Positions 14,273 to 26,296 of a DNA stretch of 64,000 nucleotides are shown here, piece by piece. Numbering within the stretch: the first letter of the stretch is position 1; each line of letters begins with the position of its first letter. This DNA is from Eledone cirrhosa (taxonomy: Eukaryota), in NCBI GenBank assembly GCA_964016885.1, contig OZ024742.1:107074001-107138000 (forward strand), written 5' to 3'. The translations under genes and the position numbers were made by a program. The notes beneath the pieces are model-generated. The model ran no database searches, was not told the DNA's origin, and saw nothing but the letters and a program-made list of their open reading frames with translations.

Positions 14273-15099
14273 ATCCAAACATAAAAAAACTCCAAAGCAC
14301 CAATGTTAAATAAACTAGTGCAATCTGTCTACTTATAATATTAAACATGTTTTCAATTCAATAAGCTGTAGTGTATAGATCCAAACGATTCAGGAGTTCC
14401 TGTTTAATGTCTAACATTACATGTTATCAGAGCCATTAGATCTTGTTTTCTGCCAACGATTTGGAAAATAAATTTTTAAAAATATAACATATATATATAT
14501 AATTAAATATATAAAGTAAAAATTGATCTTTTCCAGAAGCGAAAGTAGATCAAGTTTAGAAAGTGACATCAGATATTAATTAAAGGTCGGCAGAGAAATT
14601 AACAAGCAGCTCGATAACTTTACATTGATTGAAGGCTTAATGGCTGTTCATGTCGACTGAGATGGTAATGATGGTTGGTAAGTTGTCATGGGTGAGCAAG
14701 GATTGAAATATTCAACAAGAAAATTTTTATCAACATCATATATTTGCAATTAATACATACAGGACTGTACATCTATTTACTGTTCTGACAATGGTGGAAG
14801 AGTTTGTGGAAAAAGGAGTTCAAACAATTACATAATGTTCAGGTAGTTGATTTTATAACTATACACTATTTCTGTAATTTTAATGCTTTCGTTACCATAT
14901 TTCTACTGAAAGACACTGCCTATATTTTTGAAAATAACCAAGTATTTGAAGAGATTTGGCATTAATAAACTGGTGCTTGGAGCATAACTTAACCTTCTTG
15001 ATACCAAACTACCTGAAACCACCCCTGGTTTTATGATACAAAACTATTTCAAAGTGTTTATTTTCATCATTATTTTATGTAAGTACCTTTTGTTAAGTT

Positions 15100-15441
15100 A
15101 TGCATGGCTTAGTTGTTAGAACATTGGGCTTGCAATCGAAAGGTTGCGAGTTCAATTCTCAGACCGAGTGATGTGTTGTTTCCTTGAACAAGACACTTTA
15201 TTTCACATTGCTCCAGTTTATTCAGCTGTAGAAATGAGATGATAGGACTGAGGTCCCTATCATTCCACTGCAAAGTGGTCATGGAGGTGCCACAGCAAAA
15301 AAGCACCCAGCCCACACTGTAAAGTGGACGTGTAGGCGCCACGGAAAGCAAAAAAAGCACCCAGCTGTAGAAATCAAGCCAGAATCAGTTCCCGTCCCAC
15401 CCTTGCAAGCAGGGAAAAGCAGATGTAAAATGATGATGATG
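15100..15441 (+). mobile_element. tRNA-derived SINE (family B) with RTE-derived 3' part
   Basis: A box TGGCTTAGTTGTT, B box GAGTTCAATTCT, CORE/V-like TCCTTGAACAAGACACTT block, and an RTE-like tail ending (GAT)n. Confidence 0.8.
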
Positions 15442-15738
15442 CTCCAAAAAATAACTTAATAATGAGAAAGTGAGATGTATTACTAAATCCCTACAATTTT
15501 TTGGTTATTTTCAAAATGACTTGAAAATAGTGTCTTGTAATAGAAAAATGGTAAGAAAAGGCTTAATAAAGGTTTTTACATAAAATTTTTGTGGAATATT
15601 TTTAGATACACCATAATATAAATAACTGTGTTTCAAACAGTTTGGTATCAAATAGATTAACCATTTAACTAAAAGTGTAGTAGAGGAACCTGTTATCAGT
15701 CAGACAAATTTCATACCAACAGAGTTATAAGCTATGAC

Positions 15739-16068
15739 CATCATCATCATCATTTTACGTCCGCTTTTCCTTGCAAGGGTGGGATAGGAACTGATTCTGG
15801 CTTGATTTCTACAGCTGGATGCCCTTCCTAACACCAACCTCATTTACAGTGAGTGCTGGGTACTTTTTTTGCCGTGGCACCTCCACGACCACTTTGCAGT
15901 GGAATGATATGGACCCCAGTTCTATCATCTCATTTCTACAGCTGAGTAAACTGGAGCAATGTGAAATAAAGTGTCTTGCTCAAGGAAACAACACATCATC
16001 CAGTCTGAGAATTGAACTCACAACCTTTCGATTGCAAGGCCAATGCTCTAACCACTAAGCCATGCGCC
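15739..16068 (-). mobile_element. tRNA-derived SINE (family B)
   Basis: Reverse-complement copy of 15100-15441, with head GGCGCATGGCTTAGTGGTTAGAGC and a (GAT)n tail. Confidence 0.8.
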
Positions 16069-16627
16069 TCCAATAATGTATATATAGATCTGCAACTCCT
16101 GGTGGAGTCATAGGGTTGCAGTACAGCATGTTTTGGGCACTTTAAACCTGGCAAAGCCCACATCCTCCCCAGATCTTAACACAAACGATTTCGTCCAGAG
16201 AAAAAGAGGGAGGAAATGAAAAAGAGATATAGAGGAAAAAATCAACCCAAGTACTGGGTTGATACTATTTTTGTCAATCTCAAAAGGATAAAAGTCAAAG
16301 TTAAATTTGGCAAGATTTGAACTCATACGGAACAAATACAGCAAAGAATTCAATCTGACAATCTAATGACTGCTAACACACCACCTATGTGCCCAATAAT
16401 ACAACAATCCAATATGTGTAGAAAGGTTTCACGTGATTATAGGTTCATAACATGCCTCATAGTACACATGTATTTATATATACACCCACTATTTCAAACA
16501 CAGGCTTAACAATATCTAAAACAAATATACAATAATGCATGCAGACATGGCTGTGTGGCTAAGAGGTTTGATTTACAATTCCATTATTCAAGGTTTGTTT
16601 CCACCATGCAGCAAATATATATATATA

Positions 16628-17198
16628 TACTAGCAGTGGTACCCAGTGTTGCACAGGATAAGGTATTTTGGAACGTGGGCCGCCAACAGACCTAATCATA
16701 GAAAAACTGCATGCCTGGACAATATGTAAAGAAAATAAACCGAATACTCTGATGGCTGGATAATCTTTAAGGTTTTCCTCGATGAAGCAGGAAAAACGCA
16801 GGTTTTCACCTAATGCGGGCCCTAGGAGATCAAGAAAATGAATTTTTTTTATGTGCATAATATGCCTTGAAATTTTGGGAAAATCGGCTAGACGTATCAC
16901 CTCCAAAAAGCCCTAAGAAGCTGAAAAAATGAAGTTTTTCACCTAATGCAGGCCCTAGGCCATAAAAAAAGTTGGATTTTCTTTGCTCACGGTATGAAGA
17001 AGAGACTGACTAATACATAGTTACAATTTCAAGGAAATTGTTCTGACGTAACGCCTCAAAAAACCCCTAAAAAGCTTAAAAAATGCAGTTTTTTACCTAG
17101 GAGATCAAAAAGTTGAAACATAAGTAATACACATGTAAAGTTTAAAAAAAATCGGTTGGGTACTTCTCGAGTTTTAGGGATTCAAACTCACAGACACA

Positions 17199-17231
<33 letters not shown>

Positions 17232-17524
17232 CCTCAGGGATGTGACGTAATGCAGACAGCCAGACATACAGACAGATAAGGGCACAACGTTATATGTATG
17301 TATCTAAAAAGAGAAAGACTAAGAATTATAGAGAGAGATCGCTAAATCGCCTAATGCGGTCCCTAGGGCTTTGAAAATTTGAAATTTATTTTTGCTCAGA
17401 ACACTCCCTGAAACATAAGTATTACATGTGTAAAGTTTGAAAAGAGTCGGTTGGGTGTTTCTCGAGTTTTAGGGATTCAAACACACACACACACAGACAG
17501 ACATCCTTAGTTTTATATATATAG
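16628..17524 (+). mobile_element. Non-autonomous Helitron/Helentron-like element
   Basis: Starts TACTAGCAGTGGTACCCAGTGTTGCAC inside a (TA)n run. Internal subrepeats (CCTAATGCGGGCCCTAGG x3-4), (CA)n and ACAGAC microsatellites. Ends CAGACATCCTTAGTTTTATATATATAG, an architecture typical of DINE-1/Lep1-like elements. Confidence 0.6.
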
Positions 17525-17877
17525 ATATGTGTGTTAAGTATCTCCAGAGAAAAGGTAAAGGAAAGAAGAGTGCTCTATGTATTGTACAGAGCTATTTAAT
17601 TACATAATAAAAAAAACAATATAATTATTCCATTGGCGAAGGTTTCGAGAAACTAGACAATTCTTACAGCTCATTCATCGGACAAAATAATTGTTTTGGA
17701 TATAAATTTTGAAAATGAAAGTGAAACTGAGTTAAAATAACATCTTATAACGGAAAAAATATACATATATGCGCAGACATACAAATATACATACATACAC
17801 ACACACAAAACCACATGCGCGCATCTATACGTACATCCATATACACTCTTACATAGATATATAAGCGCAGCCGCACC

Positions 17878-18175
17878 ATCACCATCACCACCATCGTTTA
17901 ATGTCTATCTTCCACGCTAGCATGGGTTAGACGGGAATTGTCCCACTTGGGGCAAGATTGATCGGGTGACAATGTCTAGCCCGTATAGGACAGTTTCTGG
18001 CAGGTTTTCTGCGGTTGGATGCCCTTCCTAACACCAACCACATTTACAGTGTGGACTGGGAGTCTTTTTACCATGTCTCCTACACGACCACTTTACAGCG
18101 TGGACTGGGTGTTTTGTTTTTTGTTGTGATACCTACACGACCTCTTTAGTTTGGACTGGATGTTGTGGTACCAAT
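17878..18175 (-). mobile_element. RTE 3'UTR fragment
   Basis: Homologous to 288-560 (CATGGGTTAGACGGGAATTGTCCCA...GGATGCCCTTCCTAACACCAACCAC). Confidence 0.8.
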
Positions 18176-18209
18176 ACATATATACATACACGTACGGACA
18201 AATGACTGA

Positions 18210-18426
18210 GGATTGTAGTGTCTTCACATACGATTGCCGTCTCGTATTGATTCTTCGTTATCATCCTATCTGCATCCATAACTTCATAGATGACTTTGTA
18301 GGCCAGCTGTAGATCTGCATAGTTTTACAATACAGGTGACAGAAGAGAGTTGTGCTTTCCACAGGACTGGTGGTGTCACCCTGTGGGACACGATCTTTAT
18401 GTACCACCATGTGTTCTTTTAGTCCG
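18210..18426 (-). mobile_element. Decayed 3' end of an RTE-type LINE with a C-terminal C2H2-like motif
   Basis: Frameshifted minus-strand translation C..YCK(L)CRSTAGLQSHL. Confidence 0.5.
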
Positions 18427-18989
18427 GAATGCACATACATACATACATACATAGTCCGGAACGCACATACATACATACACACATAAGTGCATGTAAATAC
18501 ACATACACAAGTACACACACAACGCATATATATATATATACACACACTTAAACATATATACACACGTATATTCCCACACACACACACACATTTACAATAT
18601 ATAAGCATCCATGGCCTTTCTGCAGAGCTTCTATCTGGTGGTAAAAAGAAACTCACTTGTTACTTTAGTTAGAAGCAGTGCTGCATCAAAATATTAAGTT
18701 TGTTATCAGATCAAAGATCTGGTCCAGATGCTTACAACAGACTAAATTCTACTAAAAGTATGCCAAACTAGAAATTATACAAGGATATAATCAAATAAAC
18801 TAACCTTCCAGAACATTATTTTATTGACCCTGAAAGGCAGAAGGGTTAAGTTAACTCTGGCAGGATTTCAACTCAGAATAGAAAGGTATGTAAGAAAATA
18901 CCATGTGGTTTATTTGGCACTCAACTGTGTCAGCAACTCTAACACTAACCCATAAATTTATTAAGTGAGGGTCAATATAGATTGTACAG

Positions 18990-19317
18990 TGGAATATGCT
19001 GGGTACATGCTGAAGCATATAAACAATATGCCCCCCCCCCCCCCCACCGCAAGGTGGTCGTGGAGGTGCCACGGCAAAAAAGCACCCAGCCCACACTGTA
19101 AAGTGGACGTGTAGGCGCCACGAAAAAGCACCCAGCACTCACTGTAAATGAGGTTGGTGTTAGGAAGGGCATCCAGCTGTAGAAATCAAGCCAGATCAGT
19201 TCCTGTATGAGCAAGGCATGGTCAGCCGACCAGACACTGCCCACAACAGGACAACCCGTCTAACCCATGCTAGCGTGGAAGAACGGACGTAAAACGGTGA
19301 TGATGATGATGATGATG
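18990..19317 (+). mobile_element. RTE 3'UTR fragment with (GAT)n tail
   Basis: Homologous to 49180-49300. Ends AACCCATGCTAGCGTGGAAGAACGGACGTAAAACGG followed by (TGA)n. Confidence 0.8.
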
Positions 19318-19401
19318 AATAGTGTCAATGACAAGTGCATTGAAATGTTTTGACACTTCATAGTAAGAAATAAACAAAGGAGAATGTATATATATATGCA
19401 C

Positions 19402-19439
<38 letters not shown>

Positions 19440-19839
19440 TAGATAGATATATATAATATAACTGTTTTTGAGTGCTTAAATAGATACAACTTAAATAGAA
19501 CAACTCAATTAGTACCTGCTATATGGCAGTTACAACTTCAATTCAAACCTAATAAAACTGTTTTTGTGTTCTTAAATGGATACAATGTAAAAATAATGAT
19601 TTCTAACAAAACCAGAGATTTACAAATGTTGCGGGGTGGTATGTATATTCAATTAAATTGATCCTAATACTTGACAAATTCTTATTTTATCAACAAACAA
19701 GAAGAAATGAAATATCTAAGGCAAAGTCAATATCAGTGGGATTTGAAGTCAGAACAGAAATGGCTAAAACTAAATAACTGTAATTCCCTTATCCATTTTT
19801 CTACCATTTCTGCTATCTACCACCCTGTAAAGATGATGA

Positions 19840-20150
19840 TAATTGTTTCTACTCTAGGCGCAAGGCCAATAATTTGAAGGGGTGAGGAAAGTCGATTAAA
19901 TCTACCCCAGTGCATTACTAGTGCTTTATTTTATCGAGCCCGTAAGGATGAAAGTCAAAGTTAACCTCGGATGATGATGATAATAATTGTTTCTACTTTT
20001 GGCACAAGGCCAGCTATTACCCCAGTGTATTACTGGTACTTTATTTTATCGACCCCGTAAGGATGAAAGGCAAAGTTAACCTCGGTGGGATTTGAACTCA
20101 GAATGGCAAGGGCCGTAACTCAATGCATGGCATCCGACCCTCTAGTGATA
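19840..20150 (-). mobile_element. Two tandem SINE family A fragments
   Basis: Two TGTTTCTACT..GGC.CAAGGCCA ... GTAAGGATGAAAG.CAAAGTTAACCTCGG blocks. Confidence 0.8.
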
Positions 20151-20254
20151 ATAATAATAACAACAATAGTGCTACAACATTATATATATCATCATACGTC
20201 CGCTTTTCCCTGCTTGCAAGGGTGAGATGGGTCCTATTCAGCACAGCATCTCTC

Positions 20255-20301
<47 letters not shown>

Positions 20302-20728
20302 TATAAATCCTTACTGTAAAACATAACCAAGAAGAGAAGGAGGTAGAGAGGAAACAGGAGTAGTTATTAACTCTAGAAACATATACGGTTTGGTTTCGGT
20401 TGCATTAATCTAGACAAGTTTTGGGGTTAGTAAACTGATACATGGGGAAAAAAACACAAAGAATAAAAGGAAAGTTATTAATTTCATGCCGGAAATCATC
20501 TGAGTTTGGAGGAAAATGCATTCCGAGTTTGAAATTCAATTAATATTGCTGCCACAGTTGTGAGGGCGTGTTTTGCAGTGAGTCACTTAAACGATTGAAA
20601 TTGATTTTCTTCCTAGCTTTTCCTCTTCATTCTTCCCTTTCATCATCGGCTTCTTCAGCTCAAATTCCTTTACATGCTCACACCTCCCCAGACTGTGTGT
20701 GTGAGAGAGAGAGTAGGCCACAATGCAG

Positions 20729-20932
20729 ATAACTGTAAATAATAGTTAAATATGTCAGGTAAAGTACCAGTACCACTGGAGATGGAAAAAAAATGGACTG
20801 TAACACCTGTGGGAATCAAACAATTACAGGAATTGAGAAATACATGGTTCGATTCCAACAGGTGTCTCTGTCCATTTTATTCTGTTTCTGGTGATACTTT
20901 ACCTGACATATTCAACTACTATTTATAGTTAT
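20729..20932. repeat. Foldback/palindromic element (~204 bp)
   Basis: Left arm ATAACTGTAAATAATAGTTAAATATGTCAGGTAAAGTA...ACACCTGTGGGAATCAAAC is complementary to right arm GTTCGATTCCAACAGGTGT...TACTTTACCTGACATATTCAACTACTATTTATAGTTAT. Confidence 0.85.
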
Positions 20933-21157
20933 GACGAAAGTGCTTTGAAAATATATAAATAACCTTCCAGCTATTGAACAAACCAACCAACTGGAAATTT
21001 ATAATAAATTGAGGTCAAAACCAACAGGTGCGTGTGTTTTTATTGGCAGCATGATCCTCCCAAAGTATAACAATATCTGTTTCAACACACGTTTTCAGAT
21101 AAGAAATCTTGCAAAACAAATTCAAAAACGAAGTATGAATATGAATATATATATGTA

Positions 21158-21662
21158 TAAAGGTGCAGGGCACTCAAAGTTGAAGGTAGCTATGGAGTAG
21201 GGAGACCTAGGAAGACTTGGGATGAGGTGATAAAGGCAGACCTAGCAAAATTACACCTCTCTAAAATATTGACTCAGGAACAAGATCTCTGGCATTATGC
21301 AGCTATACAGAAGACCTGCACTGATTGAAGCATGCATTCAGTATGAACAACTTTCCCCACCCATATCCCTCACCTGATAAGTCCCCCCATCCCTATGCAC
21401 CTCTGCCAGCCTAAACACTATTTGATGCGAGGACAAAAAACACCCAGCCCACACTGTAACGTGGTCATGTATATGTCATGACACACTGTATCAATACATA
21501 CTGTAAATGTGGTTGGCATTAGGAAGGACATCCAGCTGCAGAAGCCAAACCAAAATCAGTTCTGTATGAACAAGACAAGTCATATGATTTGGCTTGTCTC
21601 ACAACAGAACAACTGGTCTAACCCACACTAGCATGGAAAAATGGGCATTAAACAGTGATGAT
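21158..21662 (+). mobile_element. RTE LINE 3' end
   Basis: Reads RCRALKVEGSYGVGRPRKTWDEVIKADLAKLHLSK, followed by a 3'UTR and a short (GAT)n tail. Confidence 0.85.
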
Positions 21663-24029
21663 GGTTTCATCGATATATATAAAGAAAACAAAATGAAAAC
21701 AAATTATCTGATACAGATTTCTTGGTTGAAAACCATTCAACTAATAACTTAGGTAAATGTTTTCTCGCATTGCCTCAAAACTACAGATATTGTAATGAGA
21801 AGCAACTACCATCTGCTGAATCATCTCTAATATAACTGGTATATATTTTATCACTCCAGGAAGAATACAAGATGAAGTTGAGCCCCAGTGCATGTTTCAA
21901 CTAAAAATGTGAAATGACATACCTATAGCCTGCCCCAATATCATCATCATCATCTTCGTTTAATGTCCATCTTCCACGCTAGCATGGGTTAGATCCCACC
22001 TTGTAACCTAGGTAATATCGAATAGTCTTCAATTTGTAACTAATTTATTATTGTTCAGTCATAAGTCAGCCCTGACATAGCTAGCTTATGATAGTGTCCC
22101 AGTTACAACCATCATGTCTTTTCTTGTTTCAGACATGGTGTATCTAGGACTACCGTATCAAATGTGTCTTTCCTAGAAAGTCAAAATTCAACAATAATCA
22201 AGTGTTCCAACTGTCAACATCACCACCCCTTTTGTTTTGTTTTTATAGATATAGTGTATTTAAGACAACAATTATCCAATCTGTGTTCATTTTGCTCAAG
22301 ATAGTAGGGTAATTTGACAGCTATCTGTAGCAGGTCAAATATTGGTTTTGGCTCCACAGTATACACGGTAGGCATACAGAAGTTAGAGAACTACCTGCCT
22401 TTATGTTAGGACTTCAATTCTACTGCAGCAAGCATTTTGAATTTCAAGCAGAACATTTCATTCTGCATTAATTTCTACAGTACACATTGTTGTTGATTGA
22501 GTGTGTATATGGTGATGATGTTGAGTGGGTGGGAGAATCAACTGAGCATTAGACAAAGCACAACAAAAACAAGCATTTTAAGGCTATTTCACCTGCTAAA
22601 GTCGGGGTTAGCTTTACAGACCTCGTGACAAGCTTCTTCACTTTTCCCTATCATCTGCATCCACCCCCCTCACCAACACACTGACTTTTATTTCCACCTC
22701 CATTATTTTTAGCCATGTCTTTATTGGTTTTTCTTTTCCTCTACTTCCTTCAATATTCATTTCCATCACTCCTCTCACTCAGTCACAATCTACTGAACCA
22801 GAGCCACTTGTGTTTCATCCTTCTTAGGGTGATAAAATAAGTAGCTGTTGATAAAATAATGTTTCCTGTAATCAACTCTAACCTAAAAGTTGGTCCATCA
22901 GCAAGGTCACAGTCCACTGAACAAAGCCACTTTGGCATGAAATCTGTTTAGATCCAGACCTCATTTCTCATTTGCTACATTTATAATGAGTAACAAAATA
23001 TGATTTGATTTCTCCACCCTAGACTCAAGAAACAAAGTTGATTTCAAAAAGGTGAGCTGGACTGAGTTGGATGTCAAACATTTCTGATGTAAATAGAAAC
23101 CTACTTCAGATTGACAATGAAGGCAATGAGTGTTTTGAAGCTCTTTTCTTCACATCTACACATCTCTGTGAAACAGGATACTCTACTCTATTGAACTTGA
23201 AATCAAAGTAGAGAAATCAACTTGATGTATCAGGTGACATACAAGTAACCTTGTCAGTTACTGTACCTTGATTTCATGTTTTGATTGCACAAAAACAGTA
23301 GCAGAAATCCCATTAGATCAATAACAGTGGTCTTATAATATAGTCAAGATAGTAAAAAAATTGCATGTTTTATTTTTTATGTTTTGTTTTTTTGTAATGT
23401 ATCCTCCACTGTCAGAAGTAAAGATTTACAATTTCAAACAGGTGACTCAAAGTTATGATGCAAAATAGCAGGAGCCAGCTTGTATATGACATTTGTTGTT
23501 TTCCTATAAATTAACACTTGCCAGCAGGAAAAACAGACATTATGATTATGATGATGATGAAATATGACAAAATTCCTATGATTTTCTTTCCTGTTCTTAG
23601 TAATCCATATGTAAGATAAAACCAAGCTATTGATATTTTTTTTAAGTGATACTGGCATCTAATAGGATTGGTAATGATAATTTTGACAGTCTCATGAAAG
23701 GGGTTGGGGATATATTGAATAATCCTTTGGGGGTCTAGAATCATAAAAAGGTTAAGGACCCCTGCATTAACCACTTTGATGTTTACATGCATGAAATACA
23801 TACACATGTGAAATACATGCACACAGTGTATGTATGTGTATGTGTATTTATGTATATAATGTTTATGCCCATGCTGGAATGGGGTGGACAAAATGCTTTT
23901 TAGGCAGAAACATATAGCTGGATGCCCTTCTTTCCATACTTTTCAGAATGATAAAGATTCACCAAGTTAACATAAGTTAGTTATTAATGACATCGAAATA
24001 GGCACAAAATGAAACAAGAAATGTAAAAA

Positions 24030-24540
24030 AATATGAAAGCTAAAGGCCCTGTTTCTTAAATATAAGTTTAGAAAGGTTTTACGTGATACATATGGCAAGA
24101 GGGAAGCAGATTTATGACAGTGGACAATTGGAAGTTTCTACGTGACTGATGAGACATATGGCTGGGGCAAATCACCAGCTAGACAGAGAGTGACATGGTG
24201 GTGGAACAGCACTGTGGACAGAGCTCTTAAAGAAAATAGATAAGCATAGAAAGACTGGAAAAATGGAAGCAAAGATCAATATCATGTAGTTAAAACAGAA
24301 GCTAGACAGCAGGTATACATAGCATGCAAAGAAGTTGAAAGTAGGAGCTTTGCCAATATCTTACAACATGAGGTGTTCCGCATTGCTAAACTGTGCGTGA
24401 TAACCAGGATGTTGTTTGTGGAAAGAGCGTTGGAAATGACACAGGTACACTAAGCATCACTGACCTCCCAAGGAAAAAGGCCTGAAAATGCTATGATGAG
24501 AGGATGATGAATGTAGAAAATGAGTGGAGGGAAGAGAGAC
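24030..24540 (+). pseudogene. RTE ORF2 internal fragment (endonuclease-RT linker)
   Basis: TDETYGWGKSPARQRVTWWWNSTVDRALKE..KDWKNG...EVFRIAK...ERMMNVENEW with stop codons. TWWWN is a hallmark of this RTE linker. Confidence 0.75.
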
Positions 24541-25215
24541 TAATGCTAAAGAGTAAACATAATTCTTAGCCAGTAACATGTTAATTTCAAGAGCAGTGTA
24601 TGACAAAGCTGGAACTTTAAATTACAGGTACAATCAAGTCAATGGGATTCCAAACAATTTCCACCTACCCAATTTCACTTACATAGTCAACTCAAGGCTA
24701 TGATAAATAGCACTTACCCAAGATGCCACGAAGTGGGATTGAACCACAGAACTAACGATGGTGAAGTGAACATCTTAAACATTCACCCACGGTGAATCTA
24801 CACACAACAAAACACAAATATCTATGTCAGTGCATACACATACTTCCATTATTTTATTTTCCACTTAGACACTGACAAGTTATTTCTTGTTTCTCATATT
24901 GAAACAGTGATTACTAATAGGCCATGATATGGCAATATGTTTCTTCCACAGTGACAAATACAGCCATCCTTTCTCCCCCACCCCCTCAGTTTGTGACTAT
25001 TGGGGTGTAGCCACTACGAAGTTGCAATAGCTACAGGTGAATGCCAAAGAAAGTTTGCAATTATATGGGCGTGACATATACCTTATTAAATAAATGAAGT
25101 ATCAGAAATACAATTAAAAAAATTGTCTAACCCATGCTAGCGTGGAAGATAGACGTTAAACGATGATGATGATGACACACCAGAAAAACATCTTTCTACA
25201 GGTTAATAATTTGAA

Positions 25216-26296
25216 CCCACAATCCCAGTATTTATGAACCAACAATGTTTGACCATACCCCACAATCCCAGTATTACAGAACCAGCCATATCTTACCATA
25301 TCCCACAATCCCAGTATTACAGAACCAGCCATGTCTTACCATACCTCACAATCCCAGTATTATAGAACCAGCCATGTCTTACCATACCCCACAATCCCAG
25401 TATTACAGAACCAGCCATATCTTACCATATCCCACAATCCCAGTATTACAGAACCAGCCATGTCTTACCATATCCCACAATCCCAGTATTAAAGAACCAG
25501 CCATGTCTTACCATACCCCACCATCCCATTATTACGGCATCAGCCATGTCTTACCATATCCCACAATCCCAGTATTACAGCACCAGCCATGTCTTACCAT
25601 ATCCCACAATCCCAGTATTACAGAACCAGCCATGTCTTACCATACCTCACAATCCCAGTATTACAGAACCAGCCATGTCTTACCATATCCCACAATCCCA
25701 GTATTATAGAACCAGCCATGTCTTACCATATCCCACAATCCCAGTATTACAGAACCAGCCATGTCTTACCATACCCCACCATCCCAGTATTACAGAACCA
25801 GCCATGTCTTACCATACCCCACAATCCCAGTATTACAGAACCAGCCATGTCTTACCATATCCCACATCCCAGTATTACAGAACCAGCCATGTCTTACCAT
25901 ATCCCACAATCCCAGTATTATAGAACCAGCCATATCTTACCATACCCCACCATCCCAGTATTACAGAACCAGCCATGTCTTACCATACCCCACCATCCCA
26001 GTATTACAGAACCAGCCATGTCTTACCATACCCCACCATCCCAGTATTACAGAACCAGCCATGTCTTACCATACCCCACCATCCCAGTATTACAGAACCA
26101 GCCATGTCTTACCATATCCCACAATCCCAGTATTACAGAACCAGCCATGTCTTACCATATCCCACCATCCCAGTATTATAGAACCAGCCATGTCTTACCA
26201 TATCCCACAATCCCAGTATTACAGAACCAGCCATGTCTTACCATACCCCACAATCCCATTATTTCAGAACCATCAATGTTTGACTATATCCCACCA
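25216..26296. repeat. Minisatellite, 43-bp unit x ~25
   Basis: Consensus CCCACAATCCCAGTATTACAGAACCAGCCATGTCTTACCATA(T/C). The 43-bp period was checked between adjacent units. Confidence 0.97.

Noticed and set aside
15100-15170. tRNA gene
   Set aside because: A/B boxes are present but there is no closing acceptor stem, and it continues into a SINE body and tail. The same applies to all family A heads.
25216-26296. CRISPR array or repetitive-protein CDS (ORFs up to 262 aa)
   Set aside because: Units are contiguous with no unique spacers and there are no cas genes. The period is not a multiple of 3 and overlapping ORFs occur in all frames, so it is a minisatellite.
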